A stretch of 64,000 nt of DNA from Chloropicon primus (taxonomy: Eukaryota). The notes under the pieces were generated by a model that worked only from the letters and a program-made list of their open reading frames with translations, was not told where the DNA came from and did no database searches. Shown piece after piece: positions 8,960 through 21,021 of the stretch. The DNA lies in the NCBI GenBank assembly GCA_023205875.1, contig CP060758.1:62001-126000 (forward strand), read 5' to 3'. How positions within the stretch are numbered: position 1 is the first letter of the stretch; each line of letters starts with the position of its first letter. A program made the translations under genes and the position numbers.

Positions 8960-10170
8960 ATGTCGGGACAAGTTGTAAGTGAAACTTCTCCACGACCACA
9001 CCATCATCTTCCTTTTATTCCCATCGTTTCAGCGCCTTCACCCCACTCGACTCGACTCTCTCGACTCGAGGGAAGGAAGGAAGGAAGGCATCGATGCGTT
9101 GGGTTGGGTTGGGTTGGGATGGGATGGGATGGGGGTCTCGTCTCGTCCTTGCTCTTCGGTCCGACCGTGAAGAGCAAGGTTTTGTGTTCGGTTCTCAGGA
9201 AGGAGAAACGGAGGACTGACTTTTGTTTTTGTTTTTGTTCTTGTTCCTTTGATGGCAACCCAACTCCACTCCACTCGACGCTCGACGCGCGCACCACGAA
9301 AACCATCTCGACTCGACTGGGTGACTCGCGGCTTGGACGGACTGCAGAGTGAGAAGAAGGCGAAGAACCCCATGAGGGACATCCGCGTGGCGAAGATGAT
9401 CATCAACTGCTGCGTGGGTGAGTCTGGTGATAGACTGACGAAGGCCGCCAAGGTTTTGGAGCAGCTCACTGGCCAGACCCCAGTGTTCTCCAAGGCCAGG
9501 TACACTGTCAGAACCTTCTCCATCAGAAGGAACGAGAAGATCGCTTGCCACGTTACGATCCGCGGGGAGAAGGCCCTCCAGCTTCTCGAGTCTGGCTTGA
9601 AGGTCAAGGAGTACGAGCTCCACAGAGACAACTTCAGCGACACCGGTTGCTTCGGATTCGGCATTGACGAGCATATTGATTTGGGTATTAAGTACGATCC
9701 ATCCACTGGTATCTACGGTAAGTGAACACGAACGGAGGCCTGCTGTGCCCCCTGCTGGGTTGTGCACAGGTGTGCACCTTTAGAACTGATTGCTGGTCGG
9801 CTCAAAGTCCCTAGAAGACAATTTTGTGAACAGCATGAGCGAGGTGCAAGAGCGACATCTTTGCGGGCTTTCAAAGAGGGCATGCTCGTTTACAAGCATC
9901 TTTCTGCCACCGGTCTGCAAGAGACACCCACGAGCACGCAAACCTCTGCATCGAGCAAGCAAGCTGACACCGAACGCGTTTCTTTTTTTTCTTCTTCTTC
10001 TTCTCCGTCCAAAAGGTATGGATTTCTACCTCGTTCTCGAGAGGCCAGGAAAGAGAGTAGCAAGGAGGAAGAGGTGCCAGAACAAGGTGGGAACTTGTCA
10101 CCAAGTCACAAAGGAAGATGCCATGAAGTGGTTCCAACAGAAGTACGACGGAATTATCCTCACCAAGTAA
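8960..10170 (+). CDS. RPL11: 60S ribosomal protein L11 (uL5); exons 8960-8974, 9348-9717, 10016-10170
   Basis: [34 protein letters not shown]...[28 protein letters not shown] donors and AG acceptors are in consistent phase. Confidence 0.97.
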
Positions 10171-10443
10171 GGAGACCAACACATAGGCTTGCCGAACTCT
10201 GCGCGTTGAAGAAGAAGAAGAAGAAAAATTCGTCCCGCGTCCTTTGGAGGTGGGCATTCCCGGCACAACGAGGCGGCATAATATCCAACATGACTGTAAA
10301 TAGACAATATAATCTTTACTAAAGAGAGGACGACGTCGTCGAAACGAAGCGCCCCCCAACACGAACGATCACACCGGTCCGTCCGCGAGCAGAAGGATTG
10401 CCCGTGTCCAAAACTTTTCTTTTTCGCTTGCTTCTTGTGCCAT

Positions 10444-11263
10444 CTACGACGCGAGAACCCTCTCGATGTACTCCTCTAGCTCACCGGACTGGAAACTCTC
10501 GAGCAAAATGTCACACCCTCCGTAGAACTCCCCTTCGATGTAGACTTGGGGGAACGTGGGCCACTGCGAGTACTCCTTCATCCCCACCCGAATCCTCTCG
10601 TCCTCCAGCACGTTGATGTCCTCGAAGGGCGCGCCGAGCTGGTTGAAGATCTGGACGCAGGTGTTGGAGAAGCCGCACTGGGGGAACATTTTCGTGCCCT
10701 GCTCGTACACAAGAGCCAAGCGTCGTGAACACACGAGACGCACAAGGAGGAGGAGGAGGTGGTGGTGGTGGTGGCACAGGAGGACAAGCCAGTCAGTTCT
10801 GCTGCAGCTGAACGCAAAAGAGAGAGGAAAACCTGGCCCAAGAAGCGAGCCCTACCTTCATGAACAAAACAATCTTGTTCTCGCTGATGAGCCTGTCCAC
10901 GGCGTCCCTGCAAGAAGAAACACAAAACGACAGACAGCAGAGAGGACAAGCGAGCGAGTCAGAAGAAAGAAGCGCGAAACCAGGTCCACCCGAGGCGTCC
11001 CACCCTCGATCCCACCCTCACCTCAGCTCTGGCGTGAACCCCGACGGGGATTCCCCCTGCTGCGCCTCACACCTCCACGACCAAGTCCTCGCTCTCCCTT
11101 GTCCCCCGGTCCAGTTTCTGGCCGCGATTCTGTCTCTCCTCCCCACCCCTCTTCCCTCCCGCCTCCTCCCTTGGCCACCCGCTTCCCTCCTTCCGCAGGA
11201 ACACGCCACCCTCTTCCACCCCCCAACACCCGCCCTCGTCCTCGCCCTCACCCTCGCTTCCAT
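10444..11263 (-). CDS. Monothiol CGFS glutaredoxin with transit peptide (GRXS14-like), 3 exons
   Basis: Spliced ...FTPELR|DAVDRLISENKIVLFMK|GTKMFPQCGFSN...KEYSQWPTFPQVYIEGEFYGGCDI. Confidence 0.92.
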
Positions 11264-11782
11264 CGTATCGATCGTGATCGTCCCTCCTTCCGCTCCTTAT
11301 CCATTCCCTTCTCTCTCTGTCTCTGTCTCTCTGTCTCTGTCTCTCTGTCTCTGTCGGAAGCGGAGGAGTGGCGTGTCTTTGAGCGGCGAGCGAGGGTGGA
11401 GGGAACAGACAAAAAGGAGAACGAGAATACAGAACGAAAGAGCGTCTCACGAGCTTTCCCTGGACCCTTCACTCGATACGTTTGGACCTCGGGGTGGTTG
11501 AGAAAAGTCGCAGGGAAGTTGTTCCTCGGTGCCTTTTGGAGCGAGAAGAAGGGGGGGCATTGAGGAGAGCGTGAGCGGCGAGAGCGAGGAGTAAAGGTCT
11601 TCGGCGCGTTACTGAAGGACGCTACGTCTCACGAGCTTTCCATCGACCGTCGCACGGTCGTTTTGGGTGCCAGGGGTGGTGGAGGAAACTTGCGTGAGGG
11701 GGGAGCGCTCCAGCGACCGAGGGCGACCGGGGCCATGGAGACTTGACTTTGGTCTTGTCGGGCAGGAGTGGTGTTGTTGAGG

Positions 11783-13501
11783 ATGGACGCGGACGGGAAG
11801 ATGTTTCCAGATGCGGCGAGCAAGCCCCACCTTGGCTCTGCTCTGTTCGCGGCATCGAGCGGACTTCTCTTCGGGTATGACTTGGGCCTCGTCCAGGGAG
11901 CCATACACAGCATAAGGGAGCACCTGGAACTGAGCAACGCGATGATAGACGTGGTCGTCGCAGCGGCGAAGATTGGTGCGGTGTTCGGGCCGTTCATGGC
12001 GGGGTACCTGATGAGCAAGCTGGGGAGAAGGGCCGCGCTTGTCGGCGGGGCCTTCTTCTTCTTCCTCGGCCCGATCGTCATGGCGATGTCGCAAGTTGAA
12101 GCAAAGGGCTTAGACATGCTCGTAGGAAGGTTTTTGGTGGGGCTAGGGATAGGCCAGTGCTCTGTGGTGGTCCCAGCGTATCTCGGAGAGACGACGCCGG
12201 CGTCCTGCAGGGGTTTTGTCGTGGAGCTGTACGAGGTTTCTCTCGTGTTTGGCATGATCCTGTCTTCCGCGGTGGACTACCTCCTGAGCGGCATCCCGAG
12301 CGACTGGAGGTACATGGTGGGGGTGCCGGCAATCCCAGGGTTCCTGCTGATGATCGGCCCGTGGTTCCTGCCGGAGTCTCCGAGGTGGCTCGTTGCGCAA
12401 AACAGGGAGAAAGAGGCCCTGGAGGTGCTGCACAAGATCAGGCACGCCCCCGGCTCAGTGGTGGACGATCGATCCACGCCTGAAGTGGAGAACGAACTGC
12501 TGGAGATCTGGTCTGACGTCAAGAGGGTCGAGGCAAGCGAGGAGGAGGTCTCCAGGAAAAACACGGCGCGGTTCTCTTCTCGCTCCCTGGCGGGTGGTGC
12601 TTCCGCCGCCAGCGGTAGCACGCGCGCCGAGGATGAGGGGCAGGTGAACGAAATCGAGCCCACAACCAGCGGGGAGGGCTCAGGCTCAAGCGTGAAGGGG
12701 ATCGAGATTGAGCACGCAAATGGAGACCTGCGGGAGGAAAACGTGGGGTGCTGGGCCCAATGCAAGAATTGGTGTGCAGAGCTGATGCACGGCCCGGAGA
12801 AAAATGCTGTGCGGGCGGCGCTGGGGCTCGCCATTTTCAATCAATTCAGCGGCTCCACGGCTGTGACAAATTACGCTGTGGAGGTTCTCCGAGAGATCGG
12901 TTTGACGGATAACAAGAAGGGAATCTTGCTGTCGTCAGGGATATCGTTCGCAAAGCTTTTGGGGATCGTTGTATCTATGTTTCTTGTGGATGGGGTAGTG
13001 GGGAGGAGGCCGCTGCTTATTGGGGGAGGACTCGGGATGTCCTCCTGCATGGTGCTGCTGACAATCGGGATAGAGATGGCTTCGATTCCGCTCGTGATCA
13101 TCGCAGAGAGTCTGTACATGCTCTCGTTTGCCGTCAGCTGGGCAGGCATCTTTTGGGTTCTAATGAGCGAGATCTTCTCCATGAAAATCAAGGCCGTGGC
13201 AGTCTCTGTGGCCACTTCGGTGCTTTTTGCGGGTGGGGCCATTGCCAACATTCTATACCACGTCCTGCTAAAGAAGGGAGGGCCCTTGTTCGGGCTCTTC
13301 TTTGCTCTGGTTTCGCTCCTCTCCAGTGCCTTTGTCTACGTGTACGTTCCGGAGACAAAGGGAAAATCACTGAAGGAAGTGCAGAAGATGTTTCAGAGCT
13401 TGAGCCCTTACGGGGTCTTCAAAAAGGCGAACCTGTCACCGGCAGAGGGGCAAAGGCTGATTGACGACAGGACGCCGAAGAGCAGTAACGGGGCTTACTA
13501 A
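11783..13501 (+). CDS. MFS sugar porter (inositol/polyol-type transporter)
   Basis: GLLFGYDLG, LGRR, GRFLVGLGIG, LPESPRWL, NQFSG, VPETKGKSL motifs; about 12 hydrophobic segments. Confidence 0.92.
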   Translation: MDADGKMFPDAASKPHLGSALFAASSGLLFGYDLGLVQGAIHSIREHLELSNAMIDVVVAAAKIGAVFGPFMAGYLMSKLGRRAALVGGAFFFFLGPIVMAMSQVEAKGLDMLVGRFLVGLGIGQCSVVVPAYLGETTPASCRGFVVELYEVSLVFGMILSSAVDYLLSGIPSDWRYMVGVPAIPGFLLMIGPWFLPESPRWLVAQNREKEALEVLHKIRHAPGSVVDDRSTPEVENELLEIWSDVKRVEASEEEVSRKNTARFSSRSLAGGASAASGSTRAEDEGQVNEIEPTTSGEGSGSSVKGIEIEHANGDLREENVGCWAQCKNWCAELMHGPEKNAVRAALGLAIFNQFSGSTAVTNYAVEVLREIGLTDNKKGILLSSGISFAKLLGIVVSMFLVDGVVGRRPLLIGGGLGMSSCMVLLTIGIEMASIPLVIIAESLYMLSFAVSWAGIFWVLMSEIFSMKIKAVAVSVATSVLFAGGAIANILYHVLLKKGGPLFGLFFALVSLLSSAFVYVYVPETKGKSLKEVQKMFQSLSPYGVFKKANLSPAEGQRLIDDRTPKSSNGAY

Positions 13502-13592
13502 CAAATGAAAAATAGAAACACATGGTTGTTTGTTAATTGTACACACAGAATATTTGTAACCTCCGAAACAGCCTCGCTCTAACACTCTTGCC

Positions 13593-15869
13593 TCAGAAAA
13601 TTGGGGAGCCTCTTGGCTTTGCAAGGGATCTTATCCCGGTGCCCTCCTTCCTGTAGCTGCTGGTGCTGGTGCTGGGCCTCTCTGACCTGGTGGTGACCTT
13701 TGCGTCAAAGCCCGACAATTCTCTTGCTTTCTTGATGGCAGCGAGAGCAGTCTGAACGTCTGTCAGCACCTTGCTCCTGGCCTTTCTGGGCGATGCTGCG
13801 CTCCTCACCCCCTTTCTGGGGGAGCTCAGTTTCTTTTCATCCGCTCGTGCCAGGCTTTGGACCCCAGACCTGATTATAGCCCGCGGCCTTGGCTTCATCT
13901 TTACTTTTGTTGGGGACGCCACGGCTGCTTGCTTGCTCAGCTCCTTTTGCTCCTTCTTCACCGACAAGCACACAGATCTCAGAGCATGAGCGAATTTGCT
14001 TTCCAGGGTCTTGAGTGCCGCCGAGAAGTTCCCCTTCTCTTCCATGCCCCCAGTTTCCTCGCTCGCGCCCTCCGCCTCGGCTTGGTCTTTCCTCTCCTCG
14101 ATAGCAGAAAGAGCTTCCAGCCAAGACTTGCTGCTAAGCTTCACAGGCTCTCTCCCGACGAGCAGGGAGAGCCTGCCGTCCAGATCTGACAGAGAAGAGG
14201 ACGCCTCTTTCCAGGCCTCTTTCCTCCTTGTGTGCACAAGCTGCTCGGCGCTTTTGCAAGCGGCGGTCAGTTCCTCGAGTTGCCTCGATTGCGATTCTGA
14301 TTCCCGCTTCTTCTCAAACAAGGAGGCCTGCATAGTTGCGAGCTCCTCCTTTCTCGCATCCAACTGCGCTTCCAGCGACTTGGATTTCTGCTCCTCCTCC
14401 TGAACCTTTTGTCTCAGCTCGGCGGTGGTCTCGGCCATTTTCCTGACTTTCGTATCCGCTATGGCTTTATCCGTCTGAGCCCTCTCCACCACCTTTTGAA
14501 AGCCACTCAACTCGGATTGCAACTCAACCATTTTCTTGTCCTGCTTTTCCCTCTCTGCTTGGAGCTCCAACAGTCTTCTCTCGTGGGCCTCCTTTGACAC
14601 CCAGTTCCCACTTGTACTCATTTGCGCCCAGTGCTTGGTCCAGCTGTTCCGAACAGTCTCCGAAGCGGTGCATGCCTCGGACATGTCCTTGACGAACCCT
14701 CGAACAGTCGCAAGCGTTTCCTCCCTCAACCCCTCGACCTCTTCCTTGGCAGCCCTCAAGTAAGCTTCCCTCTCCTGAAGCAGGTCCTCGCATGGCGAGA
14801 GGACGCCCTCGAGGCCTTCGATCTCACGCTTCAAGTCTTCCTGCCCTTCCCTTGCGTCCTTGCACAGGGCCGAGTAGTCTCGCGCGATCGACTCTGCGCG
14901 GGACCTCTGCTGCTCGACCTGGAGGGCGATGAGCTCGCTCCTGCCCTCGTGCTCGGATATCATGGCCCTCGTCTGCTTCTGAATCTCTTCCACCTGCGTC
15001 GCCATCAGGTCTGTCGTGTCAGCCGCCCTCTTCTCGGCTCTCTGGGCCCTATCCACGGCCCTCCCCAGCTTGTCCTGGATCTTCTTCTCCCTCTCGGACG
15101 TCCCCTCCATCGCAGTCCGGAGCTCCCTGTCCTTCCTGCTGCACTCGAGCTGGGCGTTGTTCAGCTTCTTCTTCAGGGAATCGATCTGGCGCTTGGACTT
15201 GTACACCTCCTGGCTCAGGCCGTCCTGCTCCTGCTTCGAAGCCCTTTCGAGGTTTCGAAGCCTCTTCGTCGCGTTCTCCTCCGCCTTGGCCAAGGCCTTG
15301 AGCTTGTGCGCCCGCGCCTTGCCCTTCAAGTCCTCCACCGCGGCGCTCATGATCTCGTCAAACTTGTCCTGGACGAAGGAGACCACCGCCTGGATCTCAA
15401 TGTCGTACGTGAAGAGCGAGTTGCCCTTGTCGGCGTCTTCCTTCTGGCCACCACCACGCCCTTGCGCGCCCCTGTCCGCCCCCCTCGTGAGGGACACCGA
15501 CAAGGCATCCACCACCTCCTTCAGCAGCTTCCGCCTCTGGTTCGTGACGTCTGACTTGCGCGCGCTCGCCGAGTCCAGCCGGTGCGGCACCTGAACCACC
15601 TTGAGCGGGTTCTTCAGAGCGTTCTGGGCCGCCTTGAGCAGGTTCCTCCGCTCCGTCTTGGCCTCCTCGAGCTCCTGCCTGAGCTGCTTCAAGCTCGAGA
15701 GGCTCAGCATGTCTTTGGGCGACGACTCCGCGGCCCCCCAAGCCACCTGGCTCGCACCTGGCTCCCCAGGGACCTCCCAGTTCTCCTTGCTCTGCCTCTT
15801 GTCCATTCTCGCCCTCACCCTGGCGAGCTCCTCCGGCGAGCTGCTCTCCGACGACCACCCCTCCTCCAT
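13593..15869 (-). CDS. Long coiled-coil protein of unknown function
   Basis: 758-aa E/K/Q/A-rich ORF starting at ATG, host-like codon usage. Confidence 0.75.
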   Translation of the reverse strand: MEEGWSSESSSPEELARVRARMDKRQSKENWEVPGEPGASQVAWGAAESSPKDMLSLSSLKQLRQELEEAKTERRNLLKAAQNALKNPLKVVQVPHRLDSASARKSDVTNQRRKLLKEVVDALSVSLTRGADRGAQGRGGGQKEDADKGNSLFTYDIEIQAVVSFVQDKFDEIMSAAVEDLKGKARAHKLKALAKAEENATKRLRNLERASKQEQDGLSQEVYKSKRQIDSLKKKLNNAQLECSRKDRELRTAMEGTSEREKKIQDKLGRAVDRAQRAEKRAADTTDLMATQVEEIQKQTRAMISEHEGRSELIALQVEQQRSRAESIARDYSALCKDAREGQEDLKREIEGLEGVLSPCEDLLQEREAYLRAAKEEVEGLREETLATVRGFVKDMSEACTASETVRNSWTKHWAQMSTSGNWVSKEAHERRLLELQAEREKQDKKMVELQSELSGFQKVVERAQTDKAIADTKVRKMAETTAELRQKVQEEEQKSKSLEAQLDARKEELATMQASLFEKKRESESQSRQLEELTAACKSAEQLVHTRRKEAWKEASSSLSDLDGRLSLLVGREPVKLSSKSWLEALSAIEERKDQAEAEGASEETGGMEEKGNFSAALKTLESKFAHALRSVCLSVKKEQKELSKQAAVASPTKVKMKPRPRAIIRSGVQSLARADEKKLSSPRKGVRSAASPRKARSKVLTDVQTALAAIKKARELSGFDAKVTTRSERPSTSTSSYRKEGTGIRSLAKPRGSPIF

Positions 15870-16735
15870 ATCAAAACCAACCCGCTCCGCCCGGTTCTCA
15901 AACGAAACCCAAACGCCTCCTCCTTCCCATCATTCAACACGCGAGCCCCAACAAACACAGCAAACGAAAACAGAACCAAGGCAGACGAAACCAAAGACCT
16001 CTCTCGTTCCCTCCGCGCCGTGGAGGTGGAGGATTCCAAATCCCAATCCTTCGTGCGAGGGCTCCTCCGAAAGAGCACGAGACGATCTCCCGCACCAACC
16101 GACCTCCCTTCCCCTCTTCCTCCCCCGTGGACACACCTCCCTCGGCCAACCTCTCCCCTCTCCCCTCTCCGATCCTCTAATCTGTCCAAGGACAAGTTCA
16201 AAACCTTTCCTCCCTGGAAGCTCTCATGCTCGGCTGTTAATGAAGGAATGAAATCGTATAGGTACCATACACTCGTTTATACCATATGTGTACACTCTTC
16301 CGTGACCCCCGGGAATGCGGAAAAAAACGAGTGGCTGAGGGAGAAGGACGTGACTGCAGCGGAGGAGGAGAGCGTTACGGGGTGTTTGAGGACAAGTTAG
16401 AGGGCGAAGGACCTCGAGGAAGGTGAAGGCGAGTGGACAGGACGAAACTACGTCTCTTCCTCTTTCCAATCGATGGTTTGGTTGTAGGGTTTCATCCACG
16501 AACGCGACGGGAACGGGTCGAGAGCGAGGAGAGGGAGGAGGAGTAACGGAGGCAGAGGGGCGAAGCGTTGGGGTTTGAGCGAGGTTTCGAGGGGGAGGAG
16601 GAGAAGGTCGGACGAAAGGAGGGGCGTAGACCTAACGGAATATCGGAATATCGAAATATCGAACGAGGTGCCGCGGTTTGCCGAGGTTCGCTCAGGATTC
16701 GACCAGGTGAAGCGAGGGGACCTGTGCTGGACGGG

Positions 16736-19700
16736 ATGGTCGTGGACCGTTTTCCTGGAAGGGGGAGGCTGGTGGGGAGGAAGGCCGTGACGGAGGCGCG
16801 TCACTTTTGTGCGTCGAGGTCGCGTGCTGGATCGAGGGGCTCCGTGGTCCCGAGGTGCAACAAGGTGAGCCAAGTGAACAGCCAAAATATCACGGACAAG
16901 ATTGCCCGAGTGGAGGCGGAGAACGCCAAGTTGAAGGACAAGATCGCGCGCGTGAAGACCCAGGCGGGGAAGAAGGGCCAGAGCGACGACGAGGGCTCGG
17001 ACGAAGGTTCTTCCCTCTCCCGACAGGACCTCGAAACGGAAATCGAGCAGATCGAGCAGTTGAGGAAAGAGAACGAGGAGCTCCGGAGGCTCGCAGAGGA
17101 GAGGATCAGGATCTTGACCTCGAGGCAGGAGTCCGAAGTGGCGGCGGCGGCGGCGGCGGGGGAGGAGGGGGCTGAACCGGAACCGGAACCAGAACGGGAA
17201 CCAGAACCGGAACCAGAACCGGAACCGGAACCAGAACCGGAGCCGGAGCCGGTGGTGGCTACGGAGGACGCTCCGGAGGAGATCGAGGAAGAGGAGGGTG
17301 AGGTGGTGACTCTGGTCGCCGAAGAGGAGACCAGCCGGCCGGAGGCCGAATCCGCGGCTGAACCTGCTGCGCTCGACCTGGATTCCCTCGACACTGCCGA
17401 GCTGATCAAGCACAAGGCTCACTTTTTGTACTTCACCGTCCCGGAGAACCCCAAGTCCGGCGAGGACGCTCTGGTGTACATGAACAGGGCGTGCTCGTCG
17501 ATTCTCAGGGAGAGGCCGAGCATCAACATGGCCCTGAGCTTCAATGGCTGGGAGCTTGCTACCAAGACCTACTCGCTGAATCCGACGTCCACGACCAAGG
17601 ACGATTACAACGACTGGTGGAGTTGCAAGGTCAGCATCAAGGAGGATGCCTACGAGATGAACTTTGTGTTCCACGACAATGACGGGAACTTTGAGAACAA
17701 CAGCGGCCAGGACTTCTGCCAGGACGTCTTCGGGGGGATGACCAAGAGGGAGTGGAAAGAGAGCGCCGCAGACCGGGAGGCTCAGCTCGAGGAAGAGAGG
17801 CTCGAGGAAGAGAGGCTGGAGAAGGAAAGGGAAGGGCAGAGGAAGATCGCGATGATGGAAGAGGAGGACAGGACCCAGGCTCTGGCCATGGTCCACGAGA
17901 CTCGCGGGAAAATGGAGGAGCTCCAGGCCGGGGCGGGTGCCCAGGTTGAGAGGGGCGGCAGAATTGTCGTGGCCACCAAGCCAGCCATGGCAGTCGCGGG
18001 GGAGAAGTGCGTCGTCATCTACAACGCAAGTGACAGTGCGCTGCACGCCTCGAGTCAGATCAAGCTCCACCTCGGGCACAACGGCTGGAAGGCCTCCACG
18101 GTGACGGAAATGAAGAAGCAGTCGACTTTCGATGACGAGAACGTTTGGTTCGCAGAAGTCGACATTCCTTCTGATGCCGTCGTCCTGAACCTCGTCCTTT
18201 CGAACGAGCACAACACCTACGACAACAATGACAAGAATAACTTCAACTTGCTTGTGAAATTGCCTGGGGAAGCAGAGACGTACTGGGACGATCTGGCCCT
18301 GAAGTTGCAGGGGGAGATCAAGGCAAAGAGGCTGGAGGCGGAGGCGAAGGAGCTGGAGAGGCTGAGAAGGAGGGAGGAGAGGAAGCAGAAGGCAAGGGAT
18401 TACTCCACGGAGGTCGCGAGGAGGAAGATATCCCACGTGCTGTACACCGAGCCCTGTGAAATTGTTGCGGGAGAGAAGGTCAAGGTCTTTTACAACACAG
18501 CCAACACCGCGCTGAACGGGAGGGCGGAATCCACCTTCTTGCAGTACAGCTTCAACAGGTGGGCCCATCCGGACACCTTCTCCCCAGTCAAGATGGAACA
18601 ATCGGCTGCCAAGGCGCGAGGGGGCTCCTGGGTCAGCACGGAGATCCAAGTGCCGGAGGATGCTTACATGATGGACCTCGTGTTCTGTGACTCGGAGCAC
18701 GGAGAGGGGACGTTCGATAACAACCACGGCCTGGACTACCACTTGAGCGTGGCCAAGGGGCCGAAATCTCCCCCACTTTACATCTGTCACGTCGCGGTGG
18801 AGATGGCCCCGATCGCCAAGGTTGGGGGGCTCGGAGACGTCGTCACGGCGCTGTCCAGGGCAGTGCAGGAGCACGGCCACCACGCCGAGATCATCTTGCC
18901 GAGGTACGACTTCCTTCTCGCCAGCCCTTTGCTGCAGGGGACCACCTTTGAGACGGAAATGGATTGGGGCGGGTGCAAGAACTTCGTCACAACCTGCATT
19001 GTTGAGGGTGTCCGAGTTTTCTTCATCGAGCCCAGCAACGGGATGTTCAAGGTGGGCAGCGTCTACAGCACTCCCAGCGAAGATGAGGGCAAGTTCGAAT
19101 TTTTCTGCAAGAGCGCCCTAGAGTTCCTGCTGCAGACCGGGCGGCAGCCTGATATCATTCACTGCCACGACTGGTCCTCCGCCACCACGGCGAGGGCGTA
19201 CTGGCAGGACTACCACCACTATGGCTTGTGGAAGCCAAAGGTTGTGTTCACGATCCACAACTTGGAGTTTGGGGCCGGGGCGATCGGGGACGCGGCCATG
19301 AACGCACAAAAGTTCACAACCGTGTCGCCGTCTTACGCCGGTGAGGTTGGGGGGCACCCGTCTGTGAATCCCCACATCGGCAAGTTCAGCGGCATCATCA
19401 ACGGGATCGACACGGACATCTGGGACCCAATGGACGACCAGTTCCTTCCCATCCCCTACTGCTCTGAGAACACCGTGGAGGGCAAGGAAGCCGCGAGAAA
19501 TGCTTTGCGGGATCGCCTGGGTCTCAGGAAAGACAGGGATTGCCCAGTCATCGGAGTGGTCAGCCGCCTGACGAGTCAGAAGGGCATCCACCTCATCAAG
19601 CACGCCGCGTACAGGACGATTGACAGGGGCGGGCAGTTTGTGCTCCTCGGTTCCGCGCCTGACCCGAAGATCCAGGCCGACTTCAACGACCTGGCGCATC

Positions 19701-20161
19701 AGCTTGGCGGGGACATGGGCGCTTTCTTCTATGCGTACGACGAGCCCCTGAGCCACTTGATCTACGCCGGGTGCGACATGATTTTGGTCCCCTCCATGTT
19801 CGAGCCCTGCGGCTTGACTCAGATGATCGCGATGCGGTACGGAGCCGTGCCGGTCGTCAGGCAGACCGGAGGCCTGAGGGACACGGTGTTCGACGTGGAC
19901 CACGACAGGGAGAGGGCGGCTTGGGAGATCCACGGGAGTGACGACTACACGAAGGAGGGCATGGACGGCACCAACGGATTTTCTTTCGAGGGCACGGATG
20001 AAGGGTCCCTGGACTACGCCTTGAACCGCGCGATAGACTGCTGGTACAACGACAGGGAGTTCTTCCACAAGCTCCAGAGCAGGGTGATGACCCAAGACTG
20101 GTCGTGGAACAAGCCTTCTCTGGACTACATCGAGTTGTACTACTCTGCCATCAAGGGTTGA
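16736..20161 (+). CDS. SS3: Soluble starch synthase III (three CBM53 modules plus GT5 domain)
   Basis: Three DFVF/LNLV/DLVF...DNN modules, VEMAPIAKVGGLGDV, HCHDW, VPSMFEPCGLTQMIAMRYG. Transit-like N-terminus and (EP)n linker; start codon uncertain. Confidence 0.95.
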   Translation: MVVDRFPGRGRLVGRKAVTEARHFCASRSRAGSRGSVVPRCNKVSQVNSQNITDKIARVEAENAKLKDKIARVKTQAGKKGQSDDEGSDEGSSLSRQDLETEIEQIEQLRKENEELRRLAEERIRILTSRQESEVAAAAAAGEEGAEPEPEPEREPEPEPEPEPEPEPEPEPVVATEDAPEEIEEEEGEVVTLVAEEETSRPEAESAAEPAALDLDSLDTAELIKHKAHFLYFTVPENPKSGEDALVYMNRACSSILRERPSINMALSFNGWELATKTYSLNPTSTTKDDYNDWWSCKVSIKEDAYEMNFVFHDNDGNFENNSGQDFCQDVFGGMTKREWKESAADREAQLEEERLEEERLEKEREGQRKIAMMEEEDRTQALAMVHETRGKMEELQAGAGAQVERGGRIVVATKPAMAVAGEKCVVIYNASDSALHASSQIKLHLGHNGWKASTVTEMKKQSTFDDENVWFAEVDIPSDAVVLNLVLSNEHNTYDNNDKNNFNLLVKLPGEAETYWDDLALKLQGEIKAKRLEAEAKELERLRRREERKQKARDYSTEVARRKISHVLYTEPCEIVAGEKVKVFYNTANTALNGRAESTFLQYSFNRWAHPDTFSPVKMEQSAAKARGGSWVSTEIQVPEDAYMMDLVFCDSEHGEGTFDNNHGLDYHLSVAKGPKSPPLYICHVAVEMAPIAKVGGLGDVVTALSRAVQEHGHHAEIILPRYDFLLASPLLQGTTFETEMDWGGCKNFVTTCIVEGVRVFFIEPSNGMFKVGSVYSTPSEDEGKFEFFCKSALEFLLQTGRQPDIIHCHDWSSATTARAYWQDYHHYGLWKPKVVFTIHNLEFGAGAIGDAAMNAQKFTTVSPSYAGEVGGHPSVNPHIGKFSGIINGIDTDIWDPMDDQFLPIPYCSENTVEGKEAARNALRDRLGLRKDRDCPVIGVVSRLTSQKGIHLIKHAAYRTIDRGGQFVLLGSAPDPKIQADFNDLAHQLGGDMGAFFYAYDEPLSHLIYAGCDMILVPSMFEPCGLTQMIAMRYGAVPVVRQTGGLRDTVFDVDHDRERAAWEIHGSDDYTKEGMDGTNGFSFEGTDEGSLDYALNRAIDCWYNDREFFHKLQSRVMTQDWSWNKPSLDYIELYYSAIKG

Positions 20162-20210
20162 AACGAGCTGGGCAGGACAAGGAGGAGGTATCAAGAACGT
20201 TGTTATTATA

Positions 20211-20993
20211 CTAGGATTGATTTTTTGAACCCTCTTGGAAAAACTCGCGCTTCAACTGCTTCGACCACTCTTCCACTCGGTCCCCCACCATCTCTCCCTG
20301 GTTCTCAAAATCGAGGGGGAGGCCCACGAACACCCCCTGCTTCAGCGCCCTTGACCGCTTGAACTCGAAGCCCTTGTTCTCGACGGCCCCCACCATCTCC
20401 GCTCCCCTCAAGCTGAAGTGCTCCCACAGTATGCCGATCGCATCGCAAAAGTTCTTCGGATACTCCTTCTGGTCCCCCAGACCATAGATCGCGACCTTGG
20501 TCCCCACCAAGTCCTTGAAGTCGTCGAAGGGCGGCTCAATCGTGTCAAAGTCCAACGCGGACACCCGGTGCTTCTCCCACAAGTAACTCGGCGCACCCAA
20601 GATGATGGCCTCGTACCCCTCGAAGTCCTTCGCATTCGATGCCCCAATCGGCTGAGGCTCGTCCGCAAGATCCCCAAAGTGAACCTTCAGGGAGTTCGCA
20701 ACCCTCTTCGTGTTCCCCGTCCCCGTCGCTGCGTCCAGTCCATGTACAGCAAGCAAGTCAGAACAGAGCCTCCACCTCCTCAGGCAAAGTTTGGATTAAT
20801 TCCTTCCTTCCTCGAGCCCAGGCGTCACGTAGGTCACGGCCGAGTCCAGCCGAAGAGGTTCCTTACCATAGAATATCCCTAGGGTTGGTTTTGCTGCCCT
20901 TGCGACTAACGTCCTCGTCCCCGTCCTCGTCCTCGTCCTCGTCCTCCCCGTCAGGTTGCCTCCCCTCCCGCCCGCCCCGTGCGCCATGATCAT
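20211..20993 (-). CDS. Long-chain flavodoxin with transit peptide; intron 20729-20866
   Basis: Spliced GIFY|ATGTGNTKRVA, ILGAPS, VAIYGLGDQKEYPKNFCDA, FVGLPLD..NQ, RVEEW. Confidence 0.9.
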
Positions 20994-21021
20994 GATGGTT
21001 CTGGCAAGAGCGCGCGGCCAA

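Noticed and set aside
9770..9850. Intronic snoRNA in RPL11 intron 2 (TGCACCT/AGGTGCA stem)
   Set aside because: Box C/D and H/ACA motifs are too degenerate to support a call.
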